Source: Tubiluchus corallicola
Taxonomy: Eukaryota; Animalia; Priapulida
Length of the DNA: 64,000 nucleotides
Direction of reading: 5' to 3'
NCBI GenBank assembly: GCA_030141605.1
Contig: JAQGDQ010002373.1
Location: 281,921 to 345,920 of the forward strand
Notes under the pieces: model-generated
What the model saw: the letters and a program-made list of their open reading frames with translations, nothing else
What the model was told of the DNA's origin: nothing
The model's database searches: none
Made by a program: the position numbers and the translations under genes
Shown: positions 40,781 through 60,003 of the stretch, in pieces
Layout: each line of letters begins with the position of its first letter
How positions within the stretch are numbered: position 1 is the stretch's first letter

Positions 40781-42086
40781 CTTTTTTCCCTGTGTTCAGA
40801 GATCCTTGGCATTTCGTCATACCAATGTATTATTTAACCACAATGTATTCTTGTAGTTAAATTCATAAACAACAAAGCTGCACTCGTGCTCCTGGATAGC
40901 AATACTTTTGTCTTTGATGCGTAAGTGTGAAAATAAAATTACTGGAGCTGTCAAATCCTGGACGATAGATGTTAACCTCAAATATTTTTACTGATTTTAA
41001 TTAATCGTCTATTGTCCAGAAAGGACATTCTGCTAAGAAGAAAAAGATCATGTATTATTACATTAGAAGTATTGTTTACAGCTCTCAAGAGAGAGTTCTC
41101 TATAGGTCACTGATTTTATGTAGCCAGGCCTTGGCTATGATTAGTCTTGCATTGTTTCCTAAATATTGCTGGTTAGCTGATAAATTGCGCAACAACACAT
41201 TCTGTGGTATTTTGTAGGTGAGATTGGCATATCACTACTCTGCCCATAGTCTAGTAAGTCACAGGTTCCAGATTCTGGTTCAGTGGGACTGTAATATAGC
41301 TTGATACCAAGGCTCTCAGATGAGATGCTGAAGCAGTAAAGGTGTCTTAATCATGTCTTTAATTCAACGAGATAAATTCGGTAAATGCCACCCAGAGAAA
41401 GCACTAAACCTTACAGTCTCACACCATTCTCTGATCAGCTTTGCCAGTTGTTAACTTTGGTCGTTATTCAACGCAATACCGTAACCACTCGGCTGTTCTT
41501 TTTCCAAAAAAAAACCGTGTCCATTACTATTAATACTAAATAGCAATGAATTAATGATTAGTTTACTACGGCTCGCAATATAATCACACCTTAGACCTAT
41601 AGTATGTAAACATTATGTTTGCCATTTTTACCGTGTTTCCGGCGTTGGTGCTTAATATCAGTGTGAGAGACTTAATATTTACTTCTAACGTGACATCCTG
41701 CCTTGATAACATCTTGCGATCGCTATTAATAGTTTCATGTGCCATATTCACGAGGCTAAAGATTTTGAAGCTGCTTGTGGCCCATCTATGCTATGCTGTA
41801 AGCCTGACAATTGTAAACATGTAATGATAAACGTTATTGTTTGCAATTTAACGTAATATTTCCGGCGATGGCGCAGTCAGAATAACGTTGCGAATAAAAT
41901 ATCGCCACGTTATATTTGTGTTGTATACGTGATACACCATGTAAACACCATCGTCAGCCATAAATTTTCTTCATTCGGTCGATAACATTTATCAGTAAAT
42001 TTAGCTTCCTGTGGGACTGCGTTGAAGCTTCTAAAGTAGGCGGAATATAATTGCAGGTGTGTCAGTATTTTTCACCGGTACTAGCA

Positions 42087-42440
42087 AATAAAAAAGGAAA
42101 TATGGCAACCTAGTAGTCCGGGGCGAGCAACAGCCGAGTGTAAAGGCGTGTGCTAGCAATGAGAGTTAAACAACACAGGAGTGGTTAGTAAATAAGTGCT
42201 TAACTGTACGCAGGAAAATTTCTTTTGGGCAGTTTTGTTTTGTTGTATGCAGCAAAATAAATAGAAACGAAAAGGGAAATATGGCACAACCTAGTAGTCT
42301 GGGGCGTGTAACAGCTGAGTGGTAATGGCGTGTGCCTAGCAACCGAACTTAAGCAACATGGACCGGTCAGTAAATGGTTGCTTGACTGTCGTATGTCGGT
42401 AGGAAAATTCATTTTGGGCAGTTTTATTTTGTTGTATGCG
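42087..42440. repeat. Diverged tandem duplication, ~175-bp unit x2
   Basis: GGAAATATGGCA..ACCTAGTAGTC.GGGGCG ... TTTTGGGCAGTTTT.TTTTGTTGTATGC occurs twice. Confidence 0.8.
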
Positions 42441-42473
42441 CGTTACTGTACATAGGTATGTATACAGTACATA

Positions 42474-42871
42474 TGTTATGACAGATAAATAACATTACTA
42501 ATTGCTGTGTTTCTTTCTGTAGAGAAAACAAGAAAACACGTTGTCAAATTAAACTGGTTTATTGTGTGAGATTTCCACAACGCAAAATATGAAGGAATGC
42601 AAAATATGTACAGTCAAATGATAGGAAAATAGCATTCGATAATCTGGGAATCTGAGATAAATCTGAGAATCTGAGAATAAACTCGAGCGGCCAGCTCCGC
42701 CTTATATACTAATGCAAATGGACAACACCAGAACAATCTAGAAACTACTACACGCATCGCGTATAGAAAGTTCTAGAATCTACGATTGCTTCTACAAGGT
42801 AAAAAGATTGTTCTACTATACTATAAAACATTCTACAATTTTCTATTCAATTCTAATGGATCTCCATAACA
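42474..42871 (-). mobile_element. Solo LTR-like element (398 bp)
   Basis: TGTTATG...CATAACA termini. On the minus strand, a TATATAA box (about 42701-42708) precedes an AATAAA (42558-42563), matching U3-R-U5 order. The U3 side carries nGAAn repeats. No clean TSD seen. Confidence 0.65.
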
Positions 42872-44257
42872 CTAATGCATTTATAAATAATAATTTATAA
42901 AAAGAATTATCATTTATTTTTTGCAAGCAATTAAACAGTCGTACAATGACAAATGAGATAACTTAGTTACTGTAAATCTTTGAAACTCCTTACCAACGAT
43001 TAGAGCTGCTAAATGCGATTTTCACACATTTCAGTGTAAAGGATCAAAAGCGTCGAATGATTTAAAAATTGATGCAAGAATTTCCTCCACGCTTAATATC
43101 TTTGTAAATAAAATAAGAAATTAGTGATTTATTTTTATCTTTCATGTGCTGGTTTGAAATATTTGTAGTAATTCTGTAGTTTTACTTATAGTAATTCCGT
43201 AATTTTACTTGTAAGTCTGCTTCCGGAGATTCACCTTTTAACGTCTGTGAGATAATTTGATTTTGTACTGCAATGTACTGCATTAGTTATTTTTATTGAA
43301 CTAGCGACTTTATTTTCAGCTGATTGTCTTGATATCGCAATGAGTCCTCGCCCTTGTTTGATTGGTTGCTTTCCGGGTCGGTTTGTTCCCTCGTATTTCG
43401 GATGTCAAGTCTTCTGGATTCAATGCTAGGATGATGAAAAACTTTCTACAGATGCTGTCCGTTTGTGTCCGTTTACCTGCTGAATCAATGAGGCCATTCG
43501 ATGTCAGTGATTTTATACCTGGTATACAATGCTGATGTGCATAATTAAGAGGAATTTTAAACTGCTAATGAGAAAATAAATTGAATTGAATTGAATTGAA
43601 ATTGATGTGCAATGGCTTCATAATGGATCGAACTATTATTTCATTTCTCGCTGGGATGAATTTGTCCTGTCAGCCATAAGAAATGGTAACACTGGTTGCC
43701 CGTGTCAGAATGCTTATCTATGACATGCCAGTACTGTATATATCGTGTAAGAAATAAATATTAATATCTGCATCACTAACAAATACTAAATTTTATTCAC
43801 CAAATTATATTATCTCGATGTTGCGCTCATCGACTGGTATTTTATTGCGCGTATTTTTTTCAGGAAAGCTAAGACTAGGTCAGAGGTAAAGAGAGAGACC
43901 TGAGATTCCTATTTCTGAATTTATCAACATGACAGCTTGCAAACTGATGCAAAGTTTTTTATGCTAGGTCGTATTATATGTACTGATATTTTTTCAAATT
44001 TTATAATAATATTAAGCTTTAAAATATGTTTTTTTCTATGTTACAGTGCGCATATGTAATGCAATTTTGCGCTGATACATTTGGCTTGAACAATAAATTT
44101 TATCTCAGTGTGTGGTTGTGTATCTCAGTCTACCTCATACACCAAAGCATCAAGACTACTGAGCACTTTCTTATATTATTTGTTTTAAAAATGACATGTT
44201 TGCATATTATCATGATTAAAATTATAAAATCTTAATCAAGGCATGTAGATTGGGCGA

Positions 44258-44531
44258 TAGAGCCGGATTTTCCAAGGGCATAATAAGTCACTGGCCCTAG
44301 GGCCCACGGGTACCTGGTGTCCCACTGAAACTAATTTGTCATCCACCGTGCCTGTAAATAACTCTTGTTTCAAATCTACACCGGTTATTTCATTGTATGA
44401 TATATTCGAAACCATAAGGGCCCCTGTACAATAAGTACAGTGCTCGGAGAATGGGGCCTCTGCACGATAAGTACAATTTAGGGCCCATTGATTTGTTGGC
44501 CTAAGGCCCACAAATAGGTACATCCCGCTCC
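44258..44531. mobile_element. Degenerate MITE-like relic rich in GGGCCC motifs
   Basis: Loose inverted ends (AGAGCCGGAT / ATCCCGCTCC) and repeated GGGCCC near both ends; family uncertain. Confidence 0.35.
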
Positions 44532-44617
44532 GATGGGAGAAACTGAAGGATTGGACCCAGGCACAAGACGGTCAGTAACGCAGTATAAAACGTTTTAGTT
44601 GGTTTAGGTTCGTTTGC

Positions 44618-44790
44618 CAGAAGTTTTTTTCACAGAAAAACCATTTCCGAGAAACAGTAACTTCCCAGAAAAGATATTTGCCAGAAAAAACTTTTTGCCA
44701 GAAAACTTTTTTCCCGGAAAATATTTTCCCCAGAAACCTCGTTTCACAGAAAAAGCATTTACCAGAAAGATTTCTTAACAGGAAAATCAC
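44618..44790. repeat. Degenerate ~16-bp tandem array (CCAGAAAAnnnTTTT-like)
   Basis: About ten CAGAAA-anchored units are visible. Confidence 0.65.
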
Positions 44791-44859
44791 GGTTACTTTT
44801 TAACTGCTAAAAGTTTGCTGTCTTAGTGGAATAAAGCTTTCGATTTCTCTTTCTCTGTC

Positions 44860-44969
44860 TGGTTCTCCCTTGTAGTTCTTTCCCATTTCCCATCTTATCC
44901 CTCTCATCTTCTCCCTCTTTTCATCTCCCTCTTTTCTTCACTTTCTCCCCCGTTCTATCGCCCTTATTC

Positions 44970-45015
<46 letters not shown>

Positions 45016-45085
45016 GTCTTTCCCTTTGTCTTTGTCTCTTTCCCTCCCTTTCTTCTCTCTTTCCATCTCACTTCTCAGCCCGCCC
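44860..45085. repeat. Polypyrimidine / (CT)n tract
   Basis: Directly visible. Confidence 0.85.
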
Positions 45086-45089
45086 TCTC

Positions 45090-45519
45090 AATTGAATTTG
45101 AAGTGATTATGTGTAGCAAATGATACAATGCAAATTATGCTGAGAAAGCAGTTTCTTATTCGTATTCGTATTCTCTCACCCGTTTTGTTCTTTCCCTACC
45201 CGGCATCCCTCCCTTTCCCTTTCTCTCTGTCATCCCCTCACTTTTTCACTCTTTGTATCTCCTCCCTCTCTCTCTTTCGGGTTTTCTCTTTCTGTTCTTC
45301 TTTAGTTATCTACAGGGCTTTGATTAATGACTAACAAAAATCAGATTCATTTCAAATAACGTATTGTTTAGGGTCAATCTTGTTTTTTTGTATTTCGTTT
45401 TGGGTTTGTTTTGAAAATTCATTGCTACAATTTAAGATTACTACTTTTTAGGATGAAACTTTTCTCTCGGCGTAATTTGCATTGTATCACATGCTGCACA
45501 TAATCACTTTAATTCACTT
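45090..45519. repeat. Inverted repeat pair (~58-bp arms)
   Basis: AAGTGATTATGTGTAGCAAATGATACAATGCAAATTA (about 45101) versus TAATTTGCATTGTATCACATGCTGCACATAATCACTT (about 45473). Confidence 0.75.
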
Positions 45520-45975
45520 GGTTTTCATAAGATTTAAGATAATACTTGATAAATAATAATTATTAAAAATCAAAATACAAAGCTTTGCGAACGATACAGA
45601 TTTGTTAATATCTTGAGGTCGACATATGCCCAATGAATTATGCTACTTCGCTAGCAAGTTCAATAGCAAGATAAGCCTCTGAGATAAAATACTGAACAGG
45701 CAGAGATATCACAGTCACATTCAGATGCATGAACATCTCTAAACATCAAGAAATGATTCGGAATCACTGTAAAAGTACTATCCAAGAGTGATATTAATTT
45801 GCAGTTTCCCTACAAATCAGTTGCCCTGCTTTGTGCTGCTTAAAGTTGATAATCAATTACTCGCCGTGAGTACTCACTATTGCGTTTATGCAAACTTCAA
45901 CATGATTCACTACCTTATCGTTCTAACGTTGTAAATCTATGATTCATTACATTTTCCGTGCATTTTATTTACCAG

Positions 45976-46463
45976 TTCTGGGAAATGGCAGTTTTTTTCT
46001 CGGAAGTAAATACTTCTGGCAAAGTGTACACCGTTTAGTGCTTTGATAAAAGCAGCTGACACTGGTAGTGAATATAAACAATTATTACAACACTGTTTGC
46101 AAAAGATCAAGTATTTGAATAAATTTAATCTAAAAAACTTTTTATACAATTTAAAATCGTCAACTTAAAGGCGTCTTGTAGGAGCATAACTGAATAATTC
46201 ATTAAAATATAAACCTGTACTTCCATTCTGCACTTGCATTAATATATCTGTACATAATTATAATAATTACTAAACTAAAGTGCTAAATTAACAATGCTTG
46301 TTCAGTAGCCGATGGAGATTTTGGAAACGATAGCGTAGGCACTTCTGTTAGTGGAAGGAATGCTTTCCCCATTTAAGTGACTTAAATTAGCCACAGGTTA
46401 TCCCCGTACAATAAGACGGGGATGAGTAAAGCCCGGGCAAGGTTGTTGATGTTGGGTTTTCCC
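45976..46463 (+). promoter_or_regulatory. Paired STAT-type sites and a kappaB-type site upstream of the cytokine-like gene
   Basis: TTCTGGGAA at 45976-45984, TTCTCGGAA at 45997-46005, GGGTTTTCCC at 46454-46463. Confidence 0.45.
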
Positions 46464-47289
46464 TTTACACCAACCTAAGTATTCATAAGGCACAGGCATA
46501 GCGAAGCACAGGTATTATTGACACACATCAAGCGCCAGAAAGCACATATCTTCAGTAACAAGAATACTGCACGTGCAGCTGCAAGGTAAGAATATTATAC
46601 ACTTATTAGTAGTAACGCGATAAGCTTATAAACTTAAATTCCTACACGAACGTTAAAATTCAATTGATAGTTCGTACACGTTTACAGTATAAGTATTACA
46701 TACGTATGTAATTTAAAATAGTTTATTGTGCTTTAAAATCTACATCTAATAAACTTTTTCGCTTTCCGTGGCAAATGGCATTTACAATAATCTGAAAACT
46801 TTGAATTTAAAGTAAAATATTACTATACGTACGCACACTTACGAAGAGAGCACTAAAAGCAGCACAAATTTTCAAGTGGCGAATCGTATCAGTTTTGTGA
46901 ACTCCAAAAAGTTCCTTTCCACTAGAAAACAGTTCAGTCACTTTCTCTAGTGGATCAGTACCAAAAAATGCACCGGCAAAGTAAAAAATACTTTATGGTT
47001 TGATGTAAATGTTGTAAAAACTTAGCATAAACAACTACGTTGATGTAAATAAATGGTGACTATTTAGCTTCAACGCCAAAAACACAATGTGCCGAAGCAT
47101 CTTCGTTATTATAGTCAGGTTTAATGTGACTTACATTGAACTTCATAATACAGAAAAGTTTGCTTCGCAAACCAGGCAGCGGGGATTAAACTCTCACTGT
47201 AAACCTTTTATTTGTTTTGTGTACATCTCCAGATTATGAGACCTTTTCATGTGACTGATTGAAATTTACATTTATTCTTCCCAGATTAC

Positions 47290-47292
<3 letters not shown>

Positions 47293-47367
<75 letters not shown>
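47293..47367. repeat. (AT)n microsatellite
   Basis: Directly visible. Confidence 0.95.
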
Positions 47368-47369
<2 letters not shown>

Positions 47370-47773
47370 TCGTTATGGTATATAAAATGATGAAATTTCT
47401 GAAGACCACATTTTCTGCTTTTTACTGTAAATCATTGGGTGTTTAATAGGTTTGAATTTTTGAAATAGTCTGCGTTACTATATGCAGGTCTATAATTTCT
47501 GATATTAAATTTTTTTATAAAGTTGACTATTATAGATGACAACAATCCAGCTTTTATTTCTATCGTGAATATAGCTAGTTCAAACAATTTAATGATTTAG
47601 CGCTACCCGCGAGAGAACGTCATATCGCCTATTCCTAGATCTAGATAGTCAACTCAAAACTGATAAATCCCTTCTGTGTAAATGTGCATGTGCAATGCTG
47701 GAAGATTGTCATCAGTTGACATAACACCTGATAATACTCATTATGCCCCCACCTACATAAATGATAAAGCCGA

Positions 47774-47817
47774 CCAATGCCTATATAAGCCAGTCTTTGC
47801 GCTGAGGTTGCATCATT
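47774..47817 (+). promoter_or_regulatory. Core promoter: CCAAT, TATA box and Inr-like TCATT
   Basis: CCAAT at 47774, TATATAA at 47782-47788, TCATT at 47813 about 30 nt downstream, and several TGATAA (GATA) motifs at 47661-47767. Confidence 0.6.
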
Positions 47818-47958
47818 ATTTCGTCATTCTGATTTCTTTGTGACTATAATGTTGTCGATAATATCAGTGCAAGTATCAACGTCTATAGTTATTTTTTGAC
47901 CAGGTTTAATAATTTTTAATTTGACAAAGGTTCCGTTTGAATATGAGAAACAAGAAAC

Positions 47959-49910
47959 ATGTCGGGGGATAAAACTGCAGAAGAACAAGTTGCTCGTGGC
48001 AGTGTTGTAACAGTTGAAATGGAAGAGCCAACTACAACGAAAGACACGAAAATGATGCGCTTTATTGTGAGGCTGAAGAAAATATCGAGAAATGGATTTA
48101 AAACCTTTAAAAATTTGTTTAAATTCGACTTTAACATCTCTACCGTCTTGGTGGTATTGTTGACAGTTTTCATGCTAAAAAATGACGAGAAGGTGCCGGA
48201 CTGTAATCATTGGCATAACCACGTGACTCATCATTTCAAAATGCCTGCGACAGTCAAGAAACTAACCCAGTGTGAAACTGTGATCATGCGGGCTCAAGCT
48301 GTTCGGTTCAAAGCTGAAGAAGTCTCGAACGAAATTCTGCCAAAGGTACACATATTTTGTATATATTTTACTTTATACTTTATCGACCATATATAGTCAC
48401 ATATTAGATCATACATAAATCATTCTATAGTCTTAGACAGTAAGGCAGATTGTTAGACAGATATATGAAGTACAATTATTACTGAAATCTAGAATACCAT
48501 TATGTCAGCAATGAAGGTGTGACCTTTTTCCACGTTAAATAGCGACGCAGGACAATAAATGGCAACTCACACAAGTTAAAAATACAAACATCAAAAACAG
48601 TCGCAGAAGTAAGCGAGCATACATAATGTTGCATACACATAAGCTCAACGTCTATAACTCAAAAAACTATAACGCACGAAAACAAAAGTAACAAATTGTA
48701 TCAATATTATATATACAGAATACGCCTACCATCCATAGTCCATATTTATTTTAACTGCTAAACTTTCACTGTGATGTCTAAAGGTTAGAAATTGAGTAGG
48801 CCTATCTACAAGTTAAATTTGGGCATTAGAACTTGTGGTTTTCTTACGTTTGAAACACTTGTGCACGTTCATCGTTTTGTGACTAGAAAGTCTGAAAAGC
48901 GGCGTGATCAATGACAATATCTGTCACAGCAATCACGCGAGAACAATAACAGGTCAAAATTAAGTTTCAGATTGCAACTACACTGATGTGTAGAGAGCTA
49001 TCTCTCGCAAGAGGAGCGACAAAATTAACTCTGGGTTGTCTGTGTATAATTAAAAATCATTTTTTCAGTTGGGATTTGAATCTCATCCAGGATATGATTT
49101 GTACCCAGGACTGATCGCCGACGAAGGATTTCCATCTCCGCCAGACATTGATTCAAACTGGAGCGTATGTTGATTGATTAATGTACAAAATTAATATTTT
49201 CGATAGACTGCATTGGCTAGAAATGTAGGCTTGTTTGTTCTTATTGGCGCGAAAAATATTCGTATCGACGGCGGTTATCTCAATACTGTATTTAAAAATG
49301 CCTACATATGTGCTTACCTTTAGCCAACTACGGCTTTTTGTTAGTTGTTTTGTAGTATACATATACTCATATTCATCAAACAAAATAGGGCAAGTTCAAA
49401 AAAGCTTAAACTAAGAAAACATAGAAAATATAAAAATAGAAGTTATTTCTTTTAATTTTTTTAAGTTTTAAAATTATTTCAAAATTAATTATTTTAGCAA
49501 TGTAATCACAGGCCATAATCTGCGCGTATCACTAAGTTTTACAAGAATACCTAAACTAAATGAATTTTTATTTATAGGCTTTCGAAGTGGTGGATCTCGT
49601 TTATAAAAACACCACAAACATCTTGGAATTTGTGACTGAAGCGGCTGAGTCTTATGAGGGGTTTGATTATTCTCTAGTCTACGTCGTAGATGAGATTAGG
49701 AATTTGATCGCCTTGGTATTTTTCACCTCGGAAGCCATTACGGGGCAAGTAGTGCAGAAGTTTGACGCTGATGTTACTCCCAAGAGTCCGGTCAACCCAT
49801 CAGAATTTGATTTTCGAACGTATCAAATGATGAGAAATCTCATGAGCTATATGACTTTTGTTCAAAATGTTTATGATAAAATAAACAAAAATGAAATAGT
49901 TTCGGCCTGA
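47959..49910 (+). CDS. Uncharacterised 271-aa protein with signal anchor; candidate long-chain four-helix cytokine
   Basis: Exons 47959-48345, 49069-49164 and 49578-49910, both introns GT-AG phase 0, giving one open frame. Hydrophobic segment FNISTVLVVLLTVFML, four amphipathic segments, AU-rich 3'UTR. The gene model is well supported; the product call is inference. Confidence 0.8.
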
Positions 49911-50944
49911 TTGTTGTTTTTTGATAGCACGTGTAAGTACCTTAATCAAAGTATTGGCTACCTAATTATCCCAGTGATTTTGTTAATAAATGTTATTCTC
50001 GTTTTTTGGTTTGTTTTGTTTCTTTTTTGCTTATATCCATATGTAGCATATATATTATAAGGACTATAATAATATATTTATATGACTGAGCACGTCTAAT
50101 GCATTGTCTTATCGTATTTTGATATGTCCCTATAGTTTTTAACAATGTACACGTAATTATATTAAATTATATTAATACTTCCTTATTTATTTGTAATTCA
50201 TTTGTATGATTCAGAAATACAGCGTTTAATGAATTACTCATATTTATTTAAATTCGCAGATGCACGTCTTTTAAGCCTATTTCGTGACTAGGGCCTATAT
50301 ATAACACGAAAACTCATGGTGTCTAACCTCAAAGACAAAGTATAAAATGAAATTAAAAACTTAAAAGTTAATGGATTATTTAAGCTTAGTATGTACGAGT
50401 GTCTCAGGACAAGTAGTTTTGCTGCTAAATTTTGCTGACAGCTATCATGTTCAGTAATGATTTTGTAATTTATGTATATAAAACTCATAGATATGTAATG
50501 TTGGGCAATAAACTGTTTACCTATGTCACGCTATAGTTTTCAGTCTCTGTTGTTTTGCACGTGTTTTTATCATGCAAGCCAAGTCCCACACTCAGAAGCA
50601 ATGCTATCACATCGGCATCACAGATAAAGTAGCAGACAATTTTTAGATGGCTACCAGTTAAATTTGTTTACTAAATAGACCCAGCACTGCTTAAGTTTAC
50701 AACCAAGCACGCACTGTGGCAACTCATGCAGTTGTTTTCCTCGTTTTACTACGATGCTACTTTATCAGTTCATTTAAAAAATTCATATGGATATCGCTTG
50801 CTGGAATAGTTAGCTTTACAAATGACAGATAAACTGAATATATGACATAGTTAACAGCTTCGAATAAAGTATATCCCCGAAAATCTGATGGGTAAAGAAT
50901 TTATAGAGCAATAGGTAAAGAAGGTTAGGTCATAGAGACAGCTA

Positions 50945-51197
<253 letters not shown>

Positions 51198-51633
51198 AGT
51201 TGTAACTTGGTGTATTATGTTTTTAGTACTTTACGGGGAAAACGCAGAAGCTACCAATTATTTCAAAAATGAGAAAATTACAGTTGTTATGCGTTTATAA
51301 GAGATTGTCGCGAATTTATCTTTTTTTTTCTACAAAAATCAGTAATAATGAAGACCCTTTGAAAACATTCCAATTTCTCTTAGAATGGTACGATGGAAAC
51401 AATTGATTTGCTGAAGAGAAGAGATTGTCATCCTTCGGAGATTATCAGCCTCTTTTACCGTTACTGAATCAAAGATTCTTACTAAATTTTCACGGCTGAG
51501 TAAACTCTGGCTTCTTCTAACGTGCGTGAAATTTCTTTGCAAAAGTGGTTGGTAGATGGCAGCACATTCCTTCTCTACAGCGTTAACTTTCGCGGAAAAC
51601 GCGAATTTCATAACAAGCAATACTCATAGAAAG

Positions 51634-59117
<7,484 letters not shown>

Positions 59118-59436
59118 GAGCGTTTTTACAATGACGTCAGTATTTTCGACCAAATCCTCAAGATATTTACGACCCATGTTTGTTTTTAATGCGGAGCGGG
59201 GATGCGATTGTTATGCTTTTTTGTGATATGTGCTGTGGTAGTAGGTAACATGTGATTGAGTTTTTTCTTATAACGTGGAATTGTTTGCTGTTTAAGTTTA
59301 TCGTGGAATAAAACAGTTTTACTTCTTTCTGTGAACTGTTGCTGATCACCAATGACAGCAGTTTGCTATGGATAGCAGCAACTGGTTGTAAATTTCCTGT
59401 TAATAGCATCTGTTAATAGAAACTAGCTTAATGATA

Positions 59437-60003
59437 CAGTAAAGTACGTATAACTCGAATTCTTCCGTATCTCAAACAGATCTCCTGGAACGGATTTTCT
59501 CTTTTGTTTTTCCCTTAAACAAGCATTGCGTAATTTGAACCAAATTCCCGGTACAATTCTTAAGAATTTGATTGAAATTACCTCGCCTGTCTTGAACAGC
59601 CTCCCAAGCGAGAAATTCTACGTGAAAATGTAGACTTACTGCCACATTATGATTTTAACTGTTAGTTTCAGCAAAAATACTGCAAAGATTTCTTGTATTA
59701 CCTTACTTAACGAACGTGATTTAATGTAGGTCACAACATTATTATTGCCGAATTTTATCAACCATGTTAATCAGGCTACAGTAGAGTGGACCAGTCATTG
59801 TATTTTTGGTTATTCATAAAATTATTGTTTGTTACTTGATCAAAGGCTCAGTTTATCATTTTCACTGGTTGTTGTGTTACTAGTGTATTGTCCGATATTC
59901 TTTATTGACTTAATCTTGTTTCCTGATGAACATCGTCTAAACGTTCACATAACTTGAACAAATTTTCCGGTGCGGAGGTGTTCAAGTTATACATAGGTTA
60001 TTG
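59437..60003. mobile_element. pogo/Tigger-like MITE relic downstream of the PRPS stop codon
   Basis: TA-flanked imperfect 23-bp TIRs CAGTAAAGTACGTATAACTCGAA / TTCAAGTTATACATAGGTTATTG, with internal repeats of the T(C/T)GAAC motif. Confidence 0.6.

Noticed and set aside
44618-44790. Regularly spaced short repeats resembling a CRISPR array
   Set aside because: Eukaryotic context, degenerate contiguous units without unique spacers, and no cas genes.
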